A stretch of 63,324 bases of DNA, the filler included, from Octopus bimaculoides (Eukaryota), in NCBI RefSeq assembly GCF_001194135.2. It is 7 parts of 6 records of this genome, joined end to end, with 100 filler letters (N's around TTAATTAATTAA, not from the genome) between each part and the next. Parts side by side here need not be neighbours in the genome. Positions count along the whole stretch, not along the records: positions 1 to 5,055 come from NC_068986.1; positions 5,156 to 15,025 come from NC_069004.1; 5 more parts are not named here. One strand, given 5' to 3'. Position numbers and translations under genes: made by a program. This document shows, piece by piece, positions 1 through 12,330 of the stretch. The notes beneath the pieces are model-generated. The model had not been told where the DNA came from, did no database searches, and worked only from the letters and a program-made list of their open reading frames with translations. Numbering within the stretch: the stretch's first letter is position 1; every line of letters starts with the position of its first letter.

Positions 1-230
1 GTCCCATCACCGCTTGACAACAAGTGTCGATCTATTTACGTTCCCATAATTTAGCGTTGCAGCAAAACAGACTGATAAAATAAGTATTAAACTTATACTA
101 ATTAATGAAATAAATATCAAACTAAATAAAAAATAGCATTGGGGTAGACTTGTTCGATTAAACACTGCTGCGTGGTTTCCCAGCGTGGCCGCGGTCCAAT
201 GTCTGAGGCAAGTACAAGATAAAAGATTTG
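1..230 (+). mobile_element. SINE family B, 3' half
   Basis: Diverged match to the 3' half of the copy at 37702-38075 (accgcttgacaac...aataagta...ccagcgtggccgcgg). Confidence 0.55.
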
Positions 231-321
231 AAAAAAAATATCTGGAGTGAGTTCTGGAGCCACCCATCGTAACTTTATCACCTCCAAGTTCCATACCCAT
301 AGCATTTTAGACTTTGCACAC

Positions 322-499
322 TAGGCAAAATGTTGAGCGGCATTTACGTTCTGAGTTCAAATTTCACCGGGGTCGGCCTTGCTTTTCAGCCTGTCGTGAA
401 TCGATAAAATAAAATAAGCAGCAGTCAAGTACTAGAGATGATGCAATCGACTTCCCTCCCCTCTCAAAAATAGCTGGCTCTGTGCCATAATTTGAAACC
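322..499 (+). mobile_element. SINE family A, 5'-truncated
   Basis: B-box-like gttctgagttcaaatt, followed by the same body (tcgataaaat..aagta..gatgcaatcgac..tgtgcc) as the copies at 9565, 15745-16402 and 53771. Confidence 0.7.
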
Positions 500-751
500 G
501 CTATTAATATGATTGAAACATCTACGTTATGTAATCTACACTTTTGAAAGCATTCGCTGCAAAATATCGTTTAAAAATATACATTTTAAAGAGAAGAAAA
601 ATGTCGAGAGACGGAGCACTAATCTCTAGATATGCTTATGTCGTTTTATCTTTTTATCGTTTATTTATTTCAGTCATTAGACTGCTGCCATGCTGGGGCA
701 CCGTCTTGAAGAATCCTTTGTCGAATGTGTCGATCCTAGTACTTATTTCTT

Positions 752-840
752 AAAAATCTAGTACTCATTCTATCGATCTCTTTTGCCGAACTTTTAAGCT
801 ACGGGGACGCAAACACACCAGCACTGGTTGTCAAGCGGTA
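752..840 (-). mobile_element. SINE family B fragment
   Basis: Reverse complement of the family B segment gtgtttgcgtccccgtagc...gatagaatgagtactag. Confidence 0.55.
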
Positions 841-885
841 CTCAGAGTTATTTCTTATAGATCAGCTTTGTATCGTCTTATATAC

Positions 886-886
<1 letters not shown>

Positions 887-922
<36 letters not shown>

Positions 923-960
923 TGTGTTTGTGTGTGTGTGTGCGTGCGCATGAACGTGCG
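887..960. repeat. (TG)n microsatellite
   Basis: Direct reading. It represents dozens of (TG)n, (TA)n and (TATG)n tracts in the window. Confidence 0.95.
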
Positions 961-1299
961 TGTATGTGCATATTTGCATGTGTGTTAATGTGTTTGCGTA
1001 TGTGTACATCTGTTTCTTTCTCTCTCTTACTACACACACACACACATCTATGTGTGCGTGTGTGTGTATGGTTACATCATTATGCATGTATGTATGTATG
1101 TATGTACGTACGATGTAAATAAAAATGCTGATAGAGATCAAACTCGAAAGTTTGAAATAGACAGGAGGCGCTTTCATACTTTTGCTACATCTCGAAACGG
1201 TTAACAAGAGAACAGGTGTTTACATCGTTTAAAGAAACAACAGTCAAAGTCGCAGAAACTGTCGGTCTGAAAGCTTGAAAAGAAGTAACTGGCCTTAAT

Positions 1300-1740
1300 C
1301 TTCAGAAATAGAGACAATGTGGGAACAAATTGGAGAACCGGATCAGAATATTTGAAGATGTAGGACGATGTTCTCAAAGGCGAACCATAAAAAGTTTCGC
1401 GTAATAAAGTAATAAAAATACGAAAACAGAAGCCTTAGAAAATAGAATAGAATTAAAAAGATACTGAACAGTCATTGTCATAATCTTTCCAAGTCAGTCG
1501 GTGAAAAACAATGAACAGAAAATCATGAAGACTATAACGTACATGTAAACACAACCGAGGTAGTCCGATATTGCAAAAATAATTTAGAATAACTAAATAA
1601 CCCTTTAATTCTCGCACGACATGAAAGCACTATCAGAAATCCCGAATGCTCCATCTGATGTAGACATTTGTGCAGAAATATCAAAAGGAGAAATATAAAA
1701 AGCAATAAAAAGAATGACGAATCATTGTTGTCACCATTGC
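1300..1740 (+). pseudogene. Decayed LINE ORF2 relic (pre-RT linker)
   Basis: Translation EISKGEI*KAIKRMTN resembles the LINE ITxEEVxKAIKxMKN motif; many stops. Confidence 0.35.
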
Positions 1741-2043
1741 TGAGGTATAGAAAACACGACGAGACCGTATGGTTGATATGTTACACGTAATATTTAACAT
1801 AGTGTATGGAAGACAGAAAAGACAATAAAAGAATGTCCTTGTGTGTACTGGCCACACCGTTATGACAAGAAACATACAAACAAGCAAACAAAACCTGCAT
1901 TACAAGGTGACTTCTCTCTTGTCGATAGCGGATACAGTGTTCAGTAAAATGTTACTCGACAGGGAAAAAATAAAACTCATATAACAGTGGGTAAGTTCAG
2001 TTTTAGGCAAAGTAGAGGAACGGTTCATGTTAGCAGAGGAATG

Positions 2044-2623
2044 GGATCTATTTCAAAACGGGGGCACGAGTTTTCATTTATGTTTTATGTAGTGTTTTTG
2101 GTACCGAAAGACTTTCAAACTTCGTATACTTATCTATTTTGTGTTATAGAACAGAAAAAAATTTTTGTATTCGAATTTATTTCATGTAAAAAATTGTCTT
2201 ATTTCGATAATTTCTATTAATCACTGACGTCTAACCCTAACCCTAACCCTAACCCTAACCCTAAAACTAACCCTAACTCTAGAATCCGAACTCTAAAATT
2301 GTTACGCACATAGATACGCACAGCGTAATTTATTATATAAACAATATATGCGTATAAATTACGATTAAACCGGATGAAATATGTCACAGGGAATAACATT
2401 TTTATGACCGCCCAGCAGTAACTCTATTCAGCTGAATAGACGTCAGTGATTGGTTGAAATTACAGAAATACGACAACTTTAACATGGAATAACTTGCGAT
2501 GTACGTTTTTTTGTTAAGAAGACTAAGAGTAAAAGATGTTTTATATGACACATTATACCAGTGTCCCAAGTTTCAAAGTGTTTCGTTAAGAAAATACTGG
2601 TGCCCCCGTTTTGAAATAGATCC
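2044..2623. mobile_element. Non-autonomous DNA transposon (MITE), Merlin/IS1016-type, copy 1
   Basis: Perfect 24-bp TIR GGATCTATTTCAAAACGGGGGCAC (2044-2067 / 2600-2623) and 8-bp TSD GAGGAATG (2036-2043 / 2624-2631). GG termini plus an 8-bp TSD fit the Merlin superfamily. Confidence 0.85.
2231..2277. repeat. Interstitial telomeric repeat (TAACCC)n inside MITE copy 1
   Basis: About 7 CCCTAA units with one variant. Confidence 0.9.
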
Positions 2624-4017
2624 GAGGAATGGTTTTATAGTCAGACTGGCCGTTGGAGAATAAAATAAGCAAAACATCACCGAGTGTTCTTACACTTCAA
2701 CTTTATTTATTTCTTAGCTGTCTTCGGCACGATTTGTATGAAGTTTGTATGGAAGATATGATAGCAGTAGGTGTAGACCAGGCAGAGACAAACTTTTTGG
2801 GGCCGCATGATACTTGACTCATCATTAGGCGAGCCGCACAACTAGAAAACTTCAAGGTAATTTTTCGCCCGGCGTGGCATTCAGAAACTCCGCAATTTGC
2901 CCATGATAGGTGTAGACTATAAGATTGTAGAAGCATTATATAATAATACCGATTGTGCCGTTGCCAGTTCTCGGATTCGCTTGAAGCATGCGTAAGTCTG
3001 AGACAAGAGTGTAACAATGAGATATGTAAATAAATGGTACAAATGCAAGATCCTGTCACATAGTAAAGAACTGATCGCATTGAATGTTTCTAAACTAGAA
3101 TCCTTTCACAGTATTTATATCTCTCAGCAGTACAGTACCAGATTGATGATAGAATTTTAACATACGGATCACACAGATATCTACCACGTTTAGAAGAGCA
3201 AGAACCAAGGTCAAGAAGACGCAGGATATCAACCAGGGATTCAAATTTCGGCTGCACAAAACTCACATCTCCTTTCTCCTAATCTAAGCCTTACAAACAC
3301 GAGTCCAAAAATCCGAAAATGTAAGGAAAATAGAAAACGAGGACTGAATTTATACGACCTCATAACAAGAAGACTACACAATAACGAAGTAGCACAGGAT
3401 TCATTTGAAATTTCCCTAGCTCTAGACCACGTGTTAAACCAACTAAAATGTGAAACTCTTTCATCCAGAAAAATTCACAGTTGACGCTTACAATAGCAGC
3501 AAGAAGGGCATCTAACCAAAGACGTGGAGTGGGGTAGTAATCCAGCTAGCTAGAAGCAGAATAATGAGCACCAATCTGGAGAAGGCTGAGTAACTAAGAG
3601 CACATACATGCATGCATGGATACATACATACATACATACATACATACTTGTATTATATATGTGTGTGTGCGTGTGTGTGTATAACAGGTTTATCGAATAC
3701 TACAGGATAAATTCTTGATTTATTAAAAACAACTCCGCTTTTAGAGGATGCCTCTTAGTTACCAAATGGCAATTAAGACCAGCTTCGTATGTAAAGGGGA
3801 GATTATTGCAAGATGCAAAAGTTCTTGACAATTGACCTGCTATTAAGGTAAAAAACACTTTTACTGTTTAAAGATAAGAGAAAAGTTTTTATCGATGAAA
3901 CGTGTGTCCATGAAAATGATGGATACATGTTTCTCACTCACTAGACGTCATCAGCTCGATAATTAGTCAACCTATCAGTAGTCTTTTTTTTATATATGGT
4001 CACTGTTTTTTTTTTTT

Positions 4018-4408
4018 AGTGGAGGCGCAATGGCCCAGTGGCTAGGGCAGCGGACTCGCGGTCATAGGATCGTGGGGTTTTGATTCCCAGACCGGGCGTT
4101 GTGAGTGTTTATTGAGCGAAAACACTTAAAGCTCCACGAGGCTCCGGCAGGGGATGGTGGCGAACCCTGCTGTACTCTTCCACTACAACTTTCTCACTCT
4201 TACTTCCTGTTTCTGTTGTGCCTGTAATTCAAAGAGTCAGCCTTGTCACACTGTGTCACGCTGAATATCCCCGAGAACTACGTTAAGGGTACACGTGTCT
4301 GTGGAGTGCTCAGCCACTTGCACGTTAATTTCACGAGTGGGCTGTTCCGTTGATCGGATCAGCTGGAACCTTTGACGTCATAAGCGATGGAGTGCCAACC
4401 AACCACCA
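4018..4408 (+). mobile_element. Full-length tRNA-derived SINE family C
   Basis: A-box tggcccagtgg, B-box-like gattcc, tail ...taagcgatggagtgccaacc, TSD GGTCACTGTTTT (3998-4009 / 4409-4420). Near-identical to the copy at 23436. Confidence 0.85.
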
Positions 4409-5055
4409 GGTCACTGTTTTCCCTCCCTCATTTACTTTCATTTATTGTTAAATCTTGTGATCTTAAAAGTTTTTTCTTATCTTCTCTCTCTTCTACCTCG
4501 TCTCTTTTTCTCTTTCGCCCAGGTCGCACATATCTAGTTTAGTGAGCGGCATGGAGTTACTTGAACTCTCTTGATATGATGCTTTGTCTCTCCCTTGCTA
4601 TTCTATGTGAGATGTAAAATTGTTATTTGAATATCAAGGGCTGGGAATGACTGAATGAATATATTTGATGCTTTACCATCAATTATTGTTTCTATAATGC
4701 GACACTGGGGAAGTAAAATGCTTGATTATATTAATGTTTCTCCTACTATAGTGTAATGATTTCGGCATTAAAATGAAGTGTGCGCAAACCGTATTAAGAA
4801 TTGAACACCGCATACGTTTTCGGCCTAATACATACATACATAGATACATACATACATACATATTGTTTCTTTGAAAAGAGACAAAGAGTTAATAAGACTG
4901 CAAAAAAGAAGCGCTCAAATAAATGAGGCAATGATGATTAACTATGGTAATATTTATTTATATATGATGTATGTTGGAGGTTTGATACCGTATATAAAGT
5001 CGTTAACTCATTTTAATGTTTGTTCTATGACCAATGTTTAATATATATATATATA

Positions 5056-5155
5056 NNNNNNNNNNNNNNNNNNNNNNNNNNNNNNNNNNNNNNNNNNNNT
5101 TAATTAATTAANNNNNNNNNNNNNNNNNNNNNNNNNNNNNNNNNNNNNNNNNNNN
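5056..5155. other. Synthetic 100-bp scaffold-join linker (N44-TTAATTAATTAA-N44)
   Basis: The same 12-mer sits between N runs at 5100, 15070, 44156, 49294, 54816 and 60542. Confidence 0.9.
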
Positions 5156-6305
5156 AGAAGAGACATTTAAAGGTAGGGAGGGAGACGGAGAAAGACAGAA
5201 AGATAACTTTTCAGTCTTTTCATTTATATTTTTATTTTTGCGCATCTTCGTGTGTGTGTGTGTGTGTGTGTGCTATCTATTTGTTAGTATATGTGAGGTA
5301 CCTATGTGTGTTATACATGCATATATGTGTATGTATGTTTGCATCAATGTGTACCTGTTAGTGTTTATAAGTATGTGCATAGATGCGCGTGTGTGTGTAT
5401 ATGTGTGTGTATGTGTGTAAGTCGAAGTGTGGCACACTACGAAATGGTAGGAACAGCGTGAAGTCCGTAGATATATATATATATTTTTATTCCTTCTTCT
5501 TTATTTGTTTATTCCAGACTCGTTTTCGTTTCTTTAGTTCGATGTTGCAACACAACAACTCATTAAAGACGTGAACAGGATGCAACTTTAGATTCGAATC
5601 CAGCCGGAGACAGTTCGGCACGCTTTAAAGTCGTCGTCGGTAACAAAAAGAAATTCATCTTCGTATCAACCACAAGTAATAATAAATAACAGTAGCAAAG
5701 CGNNNNNNNNNNNNNNNNNNNNNNNNNNNNNNNNNNNNNNNNNNNNNNNNNNNNNNNNNNNNNNNNNNNNNNNNNNNNNNNNNNNNNNNNNNNNNNNNNN
5801 NNNNNNNNNNNNNNNNNNNNNNNNNNNNNNNNNNNNNNNNNNNNNNNNNNNNNNNNNNNNNNNNNNNNNNNNNNNNNNNNNNNNNNNNNNNNNNNNNNNN
5901 NNNNNNNNNNNNNNNNNNNNNNNNNNNNNNNNNNNNNNNNNNNNNNNNNNNNNNNNNNNNNNNNNNNNNNNNNNNNNNNNNNNNNNNNNNNNNNNNNNNN
6001 NNNNNNNNNNNNNNNNNNNNNNNNNNNNNNNNNNNNNNNNNNNNNNNNNNNNNNNNNNNNNNNNNNNNNNNNNNNNNNNNNNNNNNNNNNNNNNNNNNNN
6101 NNNNNNNNNNNNNNNNNNNNNNNNNNNNNNNNNNNNNNNNNNNNNNNNNNNNNNNNNNNNNNNNNNNNNNNNNNNNNNNNNNNNNNNNNNNNNNNNNNNN
6201 NNNNNNNNNNNNNNNNNNNNNNNNNNNNNNNNNNNNNNNNNNNNNNNNNNNNNNNNNNNNNNNNNNNNNNNNNNNNNNNNNNNNNNNNNNNNNNNNNNNN
6301 NNNNN

Positions 6306-6350
<45 letters not shown>

Positions 6351-6599
6351 ATGCATATGTCGATATTGTTATCAAATAATACTTTACAATCTATATCTGT
6401 ATGTGTATGTATATTGAGGTGTTGGTTTGTGTACATTGTTACACACCTGCTTTCACCTGTATGTATGTATGTATGTATGTATGTATGTATGTATGCATGC
6501 ATGCATGCATGTATGTTGATTTCGTAACTTTTTCCGTGCAGGATACGATTACTGAACCTTGTTAGTAAGCAAAAGTCATTACTTGTCTGTAAGGTTTCG

Positions 6600-6663
<64 letters not shown>

Positions 6664-8606
6664 CGTAAATACATACACATATGTAAACACACAAATGTGC
6701 TTGCTAAAGAACATATTTACTATTTACTATGATGATGGTCACATGTGCTCACCAGCGCCACCCGTTTTGTAGGAATGCCATTGAAATTTTCATTAACGTG
6801 TAGTTCTGGCGTTGCTCTGCTGTTGTTTATCTCAAAACAGTCCTATCTGTTTGTCGTACTCTGATTACATACGGTGATTTGAGTGGAATTTGGCTGCTGC
6901 TTTTTGTTGGTCCACTGATTACATAGGGGACCTCGCGTTAGCATTATATCTGTATGTCTATCTATCTATCTTTATATAAAACTTGTTAATATGTGGGTGA
7001 ACGCGTCAGAACGAAATACATCATCTATGATCGGTTATAGATCATCTTTGGTCATACAACATGTGTTGGCCACTTGATGTGATTGAAACCTCTCACTTGC
7101 AGATCTTCTCTTTATTCTGATACGAATAAAGGCACAGGATTTTATTCCATAAGGTCCCAGCCACTGTTGACAGAAAGCTGGCGAGAGGCAGCAGAATGTC
7201 AGAAATTCAATGGGTCAACAAGATATGAATAGGAAATTTGGTGACATTAATATTCATTGGTAAAAAGAAAAGAGTGCAGCAGTGAAAAGATGATGACAGT
7301 ATTGATGATGATGACACCAGCAAGAACAACAGCAACAATTGTCACTAACTTTGATATGACACATCGTGACATAAGTACAATAACAAAAAAAAAAAAAATT
7401 TTTGGTAGGGAGTGGGGAATAACTGAAGATATTGCTATTAATGCAAATGTTTACTTGTGTGTGCGTTTGTGTATGTTGGGGTCGAATTGTTTAACTAATC
7501 CCTCAATGGCACTACCTTAGAATGGTCGCAGTCCAATGAGTGACACAAAAGGATGTAAAGAGTAGATGTATGTACACACACGTACGCGCGCGCCTATATN
7601 NNNNNNNNNNNNNNNNNNNNNNNNNNNNNNNNNNNNNNNNNNNNNNNNNNNNNNNNNNNNNNNNNNNNNNNNNNNNNNNNNNNNNNNNNNNNNNNNNNNN
7701 NNNNNNNNNNNNNNNNNNNNNNNNNNNNNNNNNNNNNNNNNNNNNNNNNNNNNNNNNNNNNNNNNNNNNNNNNNNNNNNNNNNNNNNNNNNNNNNNNNNN
7801 NNNNNNNNNNNNNNNNNNNNNNNNNNNNNNNNNNNNNNNNNNNNNNNNNNNNNNNNNNNNNNNNNNNNNNNNNNNNNNNNNNNNNNNNNNNNNNNNNNNN
7901 NNNNNNNNNNNNNNNNNNNNNNNNNNNNNNNNNNNNNNNNNNNNNNNNNNNNNNNNNNNNNNNNNNNNNNNNNNNNNNNNNNNNNNNNNNNNNNNNNNNN
8001 NNNNNNNNNNNNNNNNNNNNNNNNNNNNNNNNNNNNNNNNNNNNNNNNNNNNNNNNNNNNNNNNNNNNNNNNNNNNNNNNNNNNNNNNNNNNNNNNNNNN
8101 NNNNNNNNNNNNNNNNNNNNNNNNNNNNNNNNNNNNNNNNNNNNNNNNNNNNNNNNNNNNNNNNNNNNNNNNNNNNNNNNNNNNNNNNNNNNNNNNNNNN
8201 NNNNNNNNNNNNNNNNNNNNNNNNNNNNNNNNNNNNNNNNNNNNNNNNNNNNNNNNNNNNNNNNNNNNNNNNNNNNNNNNNNNNNNNNNNNNNNNNNNNN
8301 NNNNNNNNNNNNNNNNNNNNNNNNNNNNNNNNNNNNNNNNNNNNNNNNNNNNNNNNNNNNNNNNNNNNNNNNNNNNNNNNNNNNNNNNNNNNNNNNNNNN
8401 NNNNNNNNNNNNNNNNNNNNNNNNNNNNTATATATGTACATTGCTGTAAACATGCTTACGTATTCATTATTATACTTGGTGTGTATGTGTATATAACTAG
8501 GTGGGAGGTTATTTGTATGTAGGTATAGGCACTGAAATATCTAATTAATTACAAATATTTGTATATACAATCATATAACAGCACGCATAAACACATACAT
8601 CGTGTA

Positions 8607-8654
<48 letters not shown>

Positions 8655-8852
8655 GTTCATTGCATATAAACACGTACTAAACTGTATATGTTTTGACAAT
8701 TAGCTTAATGTGTTGAAACAGAAACCATAATATCGTTAAGGGGTCTTTTTAAGCATGCATACATACATACATACTTGTGATCACACACACATAATATATA
8801 TATTATATATATATACATAGATGCTAATACACAAGTAAATATATATCTTTGT

Positions 8853-8892
<40 letters not shown>

Positions 8893-8937
8893 TCGTTTGT
8901 TTTATTTCTTAAGAATTTCGTATATTGNNNNNNNNNN

Positions 8938-8983
<46 letters not shown>

Positions 8984-9564
8984 CTGTCCCACCTCTCTCT
9001 CTATCAATTGTATCTGTCTGTCTGCTATCTAAGTACCTCTCTTCCTCCTTCCCTCCCTATGTATATCTATCCTCATATCTACATATATATGTGTGTGTCC
9101 TTCTGTAAAACACCTGTATGTCTGTATCTGTGCTTTTTACCTGTATGTATGTTTGTTTGTTCATTCTACAAAACTCATCTTTATTCATCCACACATGAGC
9201 CAATGAAATATTCAGAATTAAAAAGCACATACGTACACACATGCGCGCACACAGACACACAGACACACACACACGCACACACACGTATATATCCTGCATT
9301 ACGGCCTAGCCAGCAAGAGAAAGCAGCTTCATATCTGACCTCTTCAATATCTGCAGCCAATTCCAACCCGCCGCCCCTCATCAATTTCTTTAATGTATTT
9401 TGGTCTCGAGACCACACAAACTGACAAATGAGCGTCTACATAATTGTTCGACCTCCCAGGTGAGGTGCCAAGTCTTCCTCAGCAACTTCACAATACTCTC
9501 TTTAAAATTAAGAAGCTATAAACATTATTATTATTATTATTATTATCATTGTTGTCGTTGTTAA

Positions 9565-9752
9565 GGAAGCGAGCTGGCAGAATCGTTACCACGCCGGACA
9601 AAATGCTTAGCAGCACGTTCTGAGTTCAAATTACGCAGAGATCGACTTTGCTTTTCATCCTTTTGGAGTCGATAAAATGTGTACCAGTTGAGCACTGGGT
9701 TCGATGTAATCGACTTAGCCTCTCACCTGAGATTGCTGGCCTTGTGCCAAAA
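9565..9752 (+). mobile_element. SINE family A
   Basis: Head gcgagctggcagaatcgtt, B-box gttctgagttcaaatt, (TTA)n tail. Confidence 0.8.
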
Positions 9753-9794
9753 TTATTATTATTATTATTATTAATAATGTATTTTGGTATAAGA

Positions 9795-9874
9795 TATTAA
9801 AAAAGTACCAGTTAAATACTGGGGTCGATGTAATCGATTTACACCTCCGCCCAAATTACTGGTCTTCTGCCAAA

Positions 9875-9875
<1 letters not shown>
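9795..9875 (+). mobile_element. SINE family A, 3' fragment
   Basis: agtaccagtt..ctggggtcgatgtaatcg..ctgccaaaa followed by (TTA)n. Confidence 0.65.
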
Positions 9876-9906
<31 letters not shown>

Positions 9907-10142
9907 AAATCGATAAATATTATGATATATGAACTGTATAAAAATGAGCAACATCTTAAATATTCCACGGAACTGCTGTCCATTCACAAAAAATAAACAA
10001 AACATAACATAACTGCTAAATTTCGCCGCCCCTCAAGCAAAATATTTTGAAAAATATACCTTCAACTCCAAATAATAACAATAATAATAGTAATAATAAT
10101 AATAATAATAATAGTAATAGTAATAATAATAATAATAATAAT

Positions 10143-10295
10143 TTGAAATTTTGGCAGAAGGCCAGTTATTTTTTGTGGGTGGGGTGGAGAGGTGTAAATC
10201 AATTACATCGACTCCAGTATTTAACGGGTACTTATTTTATATACTTCAAAGAAATGATCGGCAGAGTTCACTTCGGCTGGAATTGAACTCAGAAT
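10143..10295 (-). mobile_element. SINE family A, inverted
   Basis: Reverse complement of the family A body, with a (TAA)n tail at 10073-10142. Confidence 0.65.
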
Positions 10296-10707
10296 ACAGG
10301 AATAAATGCAGATAATAATATTAATAAAACAACGCTCGCACACACACGCACACAACCTTTCTCTCCTTCAAGAACTTTCTAGATTGTCACCCAACCTACC
10401 CAATGACCTGCTAAATCTATCTCTTTGTCAACACCCCACCCAGTACATGTTTTAATATGTGAGCACAAGCTGGAACAGCTTCAGCACTCTTACAGCATGT
10501 TTGCAGCTCCCTCTTTGTCAAATATAACAAATTTTATTAACTATGCATAAATTTATAAAATCGTTAAATATTAAGTTAATATGCAACCTGTATAAGAATA
10601 GGATAACCACGTCATGAAACTGCCGACCGGGGGTTTCGTTTGTAGCGTTGTTCTGTATTTAAAAGAGCTGAGCTGATATTAAAAAAAAAAAAAAACTTTT
10701 TAAAACT

Positions 10708-10892
10708 TATTTCAGTCATTGGACTGTGGTCATGCTGGAGCACCACCCTGAAGGGTTTCAGAGAAACAAATCGATGCCAGTACTTCTTTTTTTTTTTAAA
10801 GTCTGGTACTTATTCTATCGGTCTGTTTTGCTGAACAGCAAAGTTACATGGACGTAAACAAAACTAAAGCAGTCGTCAAGCGTTGGGATGGA

Positions 10893-10938
<46 letters not shown>

Positions 10939-11155
10939 AATGAGTTTCACACATACATACATCACACATACATACATCACACATACATATGTGTCACCCG
11001 TATGTACAATGAACTTCCACGCAGTTTCTATTTACCAAAATCACTCACAAGGTATTTGGTCGGCTCGAGGCTACACTTTCCCAAGGAGCTGCGCAGTCGG
11101 ACTGAACCCGAAACCACGTGTTGCTAAGTGAGCTTCTTAACCACACAGCCATGCT
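10708..11155 (-). mobile_element. SINE family B with internal microsatellite
   Basis: Reverse complement of the 37702-38075 type, from ccacacagccat (head) to catgctggagcaccacc (tail). Confidence 0.75.
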
Positions 11156-11244
11156 ACACACACACACACACACAGACAGAAATGTATGCATGTTTGTACG
11201 TATGTATGTATGTATGTATGTATGCGTGTGTGCGCATGTATGCA

Positions 11245-11279
<35 letters not shown>

Positions 11280-11625
11280 ATGTATGTATGTATGTATGTA
11301 TGTATGTTTTCTCTGTGTATATTTTAGTTTCAAGATTAAGCAGTGTTGTTTACATCTTGCCTGGAACTCTGCCATTTTTTTTCTATGTTTCTGGAACAGT
11401 TGTTTTTTAATATTTCTTTATTTTTCTTCTGTTTCTGATAAATGTAATGTTTATATCGCTGCAGGTGGGCGGTTAGTTTGGCATTAACTCGGTAGAGCGC
11501 CACGTTAAACCCGTGTGCTTTCTGTTATTGTATTTCTTTGCTCTTCTGAATCAAATTCCATTTGTTATAAATTTACCATTTATTACAATTTATAATTTGA
11601 TCCTTCTGCAAATTCTTAATTAGGG

Positions 11626-11923
11626 TAAAGAGTAAAGATCCCCTTCGGTCATGAATAACTATGGGATTACACCTAGAAAGACCAGCGGAAGCCCATGCAT
11701 ACCAGCCTCCCCTCTCCACGCCACCGATGTTATCCAAGGGAAAGGCAAAGGGGCCAATACAGCTTGGCACCAGTGACATCGCAACTCGTTTCTACAGATG
11801 AGTGAACTGGAGCAATGTGAAATAGTGTTTTGCTCAAGAACACAACACATAGTCCGGTCTGGGAATCGAACTCACGACCTCATGACTGTGAGCCCAACAT
11901 TCTAAGCACTGAGCCATGTGCCT
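11626..11923 (-). mobile_element. tRNA-derived SINE family D
   Basis: Minus-strand head aaggcacatggctcagtgctta...gagttcgattcc has A and B boxes; core tgtgttcttgagcaaaacact. Confidence 0.75.
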
Positions 11924-12129
11924 TAATTAGTGTAATTAATTAGTTATTAAAGAAATTGTAGAATGATCATTAATCCTTCGTCTGTCCAAAGCATTTTCAT
12001 AATTCATTTCCANNNNNNNNNNNNNNNNNNNNNNNNNNNNNNNNNNNNNNNNNNNNNNNNNNNNNNNNNNNNNNNNNNNNNNNNNNNNNNNNNNNNNNNN
12101 NNNNNNNNNNNNNNNNNNNNNNNNNATAT

Positions 12130-12330
12130 GTCATCCATAAATGTAGTAACCATATCAGCAGGAATGTCCTTGGGAGCTAAACCGCCTTTTCTGCAGGTTC
12201 TTGATAACACCACAATGCCAAATTTTGTCCATATTCAAGAGAAGTCACTACTAGTTACTTTCGAAATCTTAGAACAATCAGATGTCAGTTTACTTTGAAA
12301 GAAGCAATGTAATTATTAATAAGAAGGGTT
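12130..12330 (-). pseudogene. Decayed LINE RT fragment
   Basis: DKIWHCGVIKNL resembles the FDxVWHxGLxxKL RT motif. Confidence 0.3.

Noticed and set aside
3200-3420. Possible Penelope N-terminal relic (RLHKTHISFLL)
   Set aside because: A single weak motif among stops.
4480-7260. Isolated acceptor/donor pairs (about 4522, 5520-5640, 6526-6549, 7154)
   Set aside because: They could not be chained into a consistent frame, and such matches are expected by chance in AT-rich DNA.
5563-8522. Long ORFs running through N blocks (also at 21-23, 27-31, 34, 37 and 58-59 kb)
   Set aside because: They are open only because N codons contain no stops.
11465-11510. A-box-like tRNA fragment (also a B-box-like piece on the minus strand at 12688-12716)
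   Set aside because: Only partial boxes and no cloverleaf; at best SINE-head debris.
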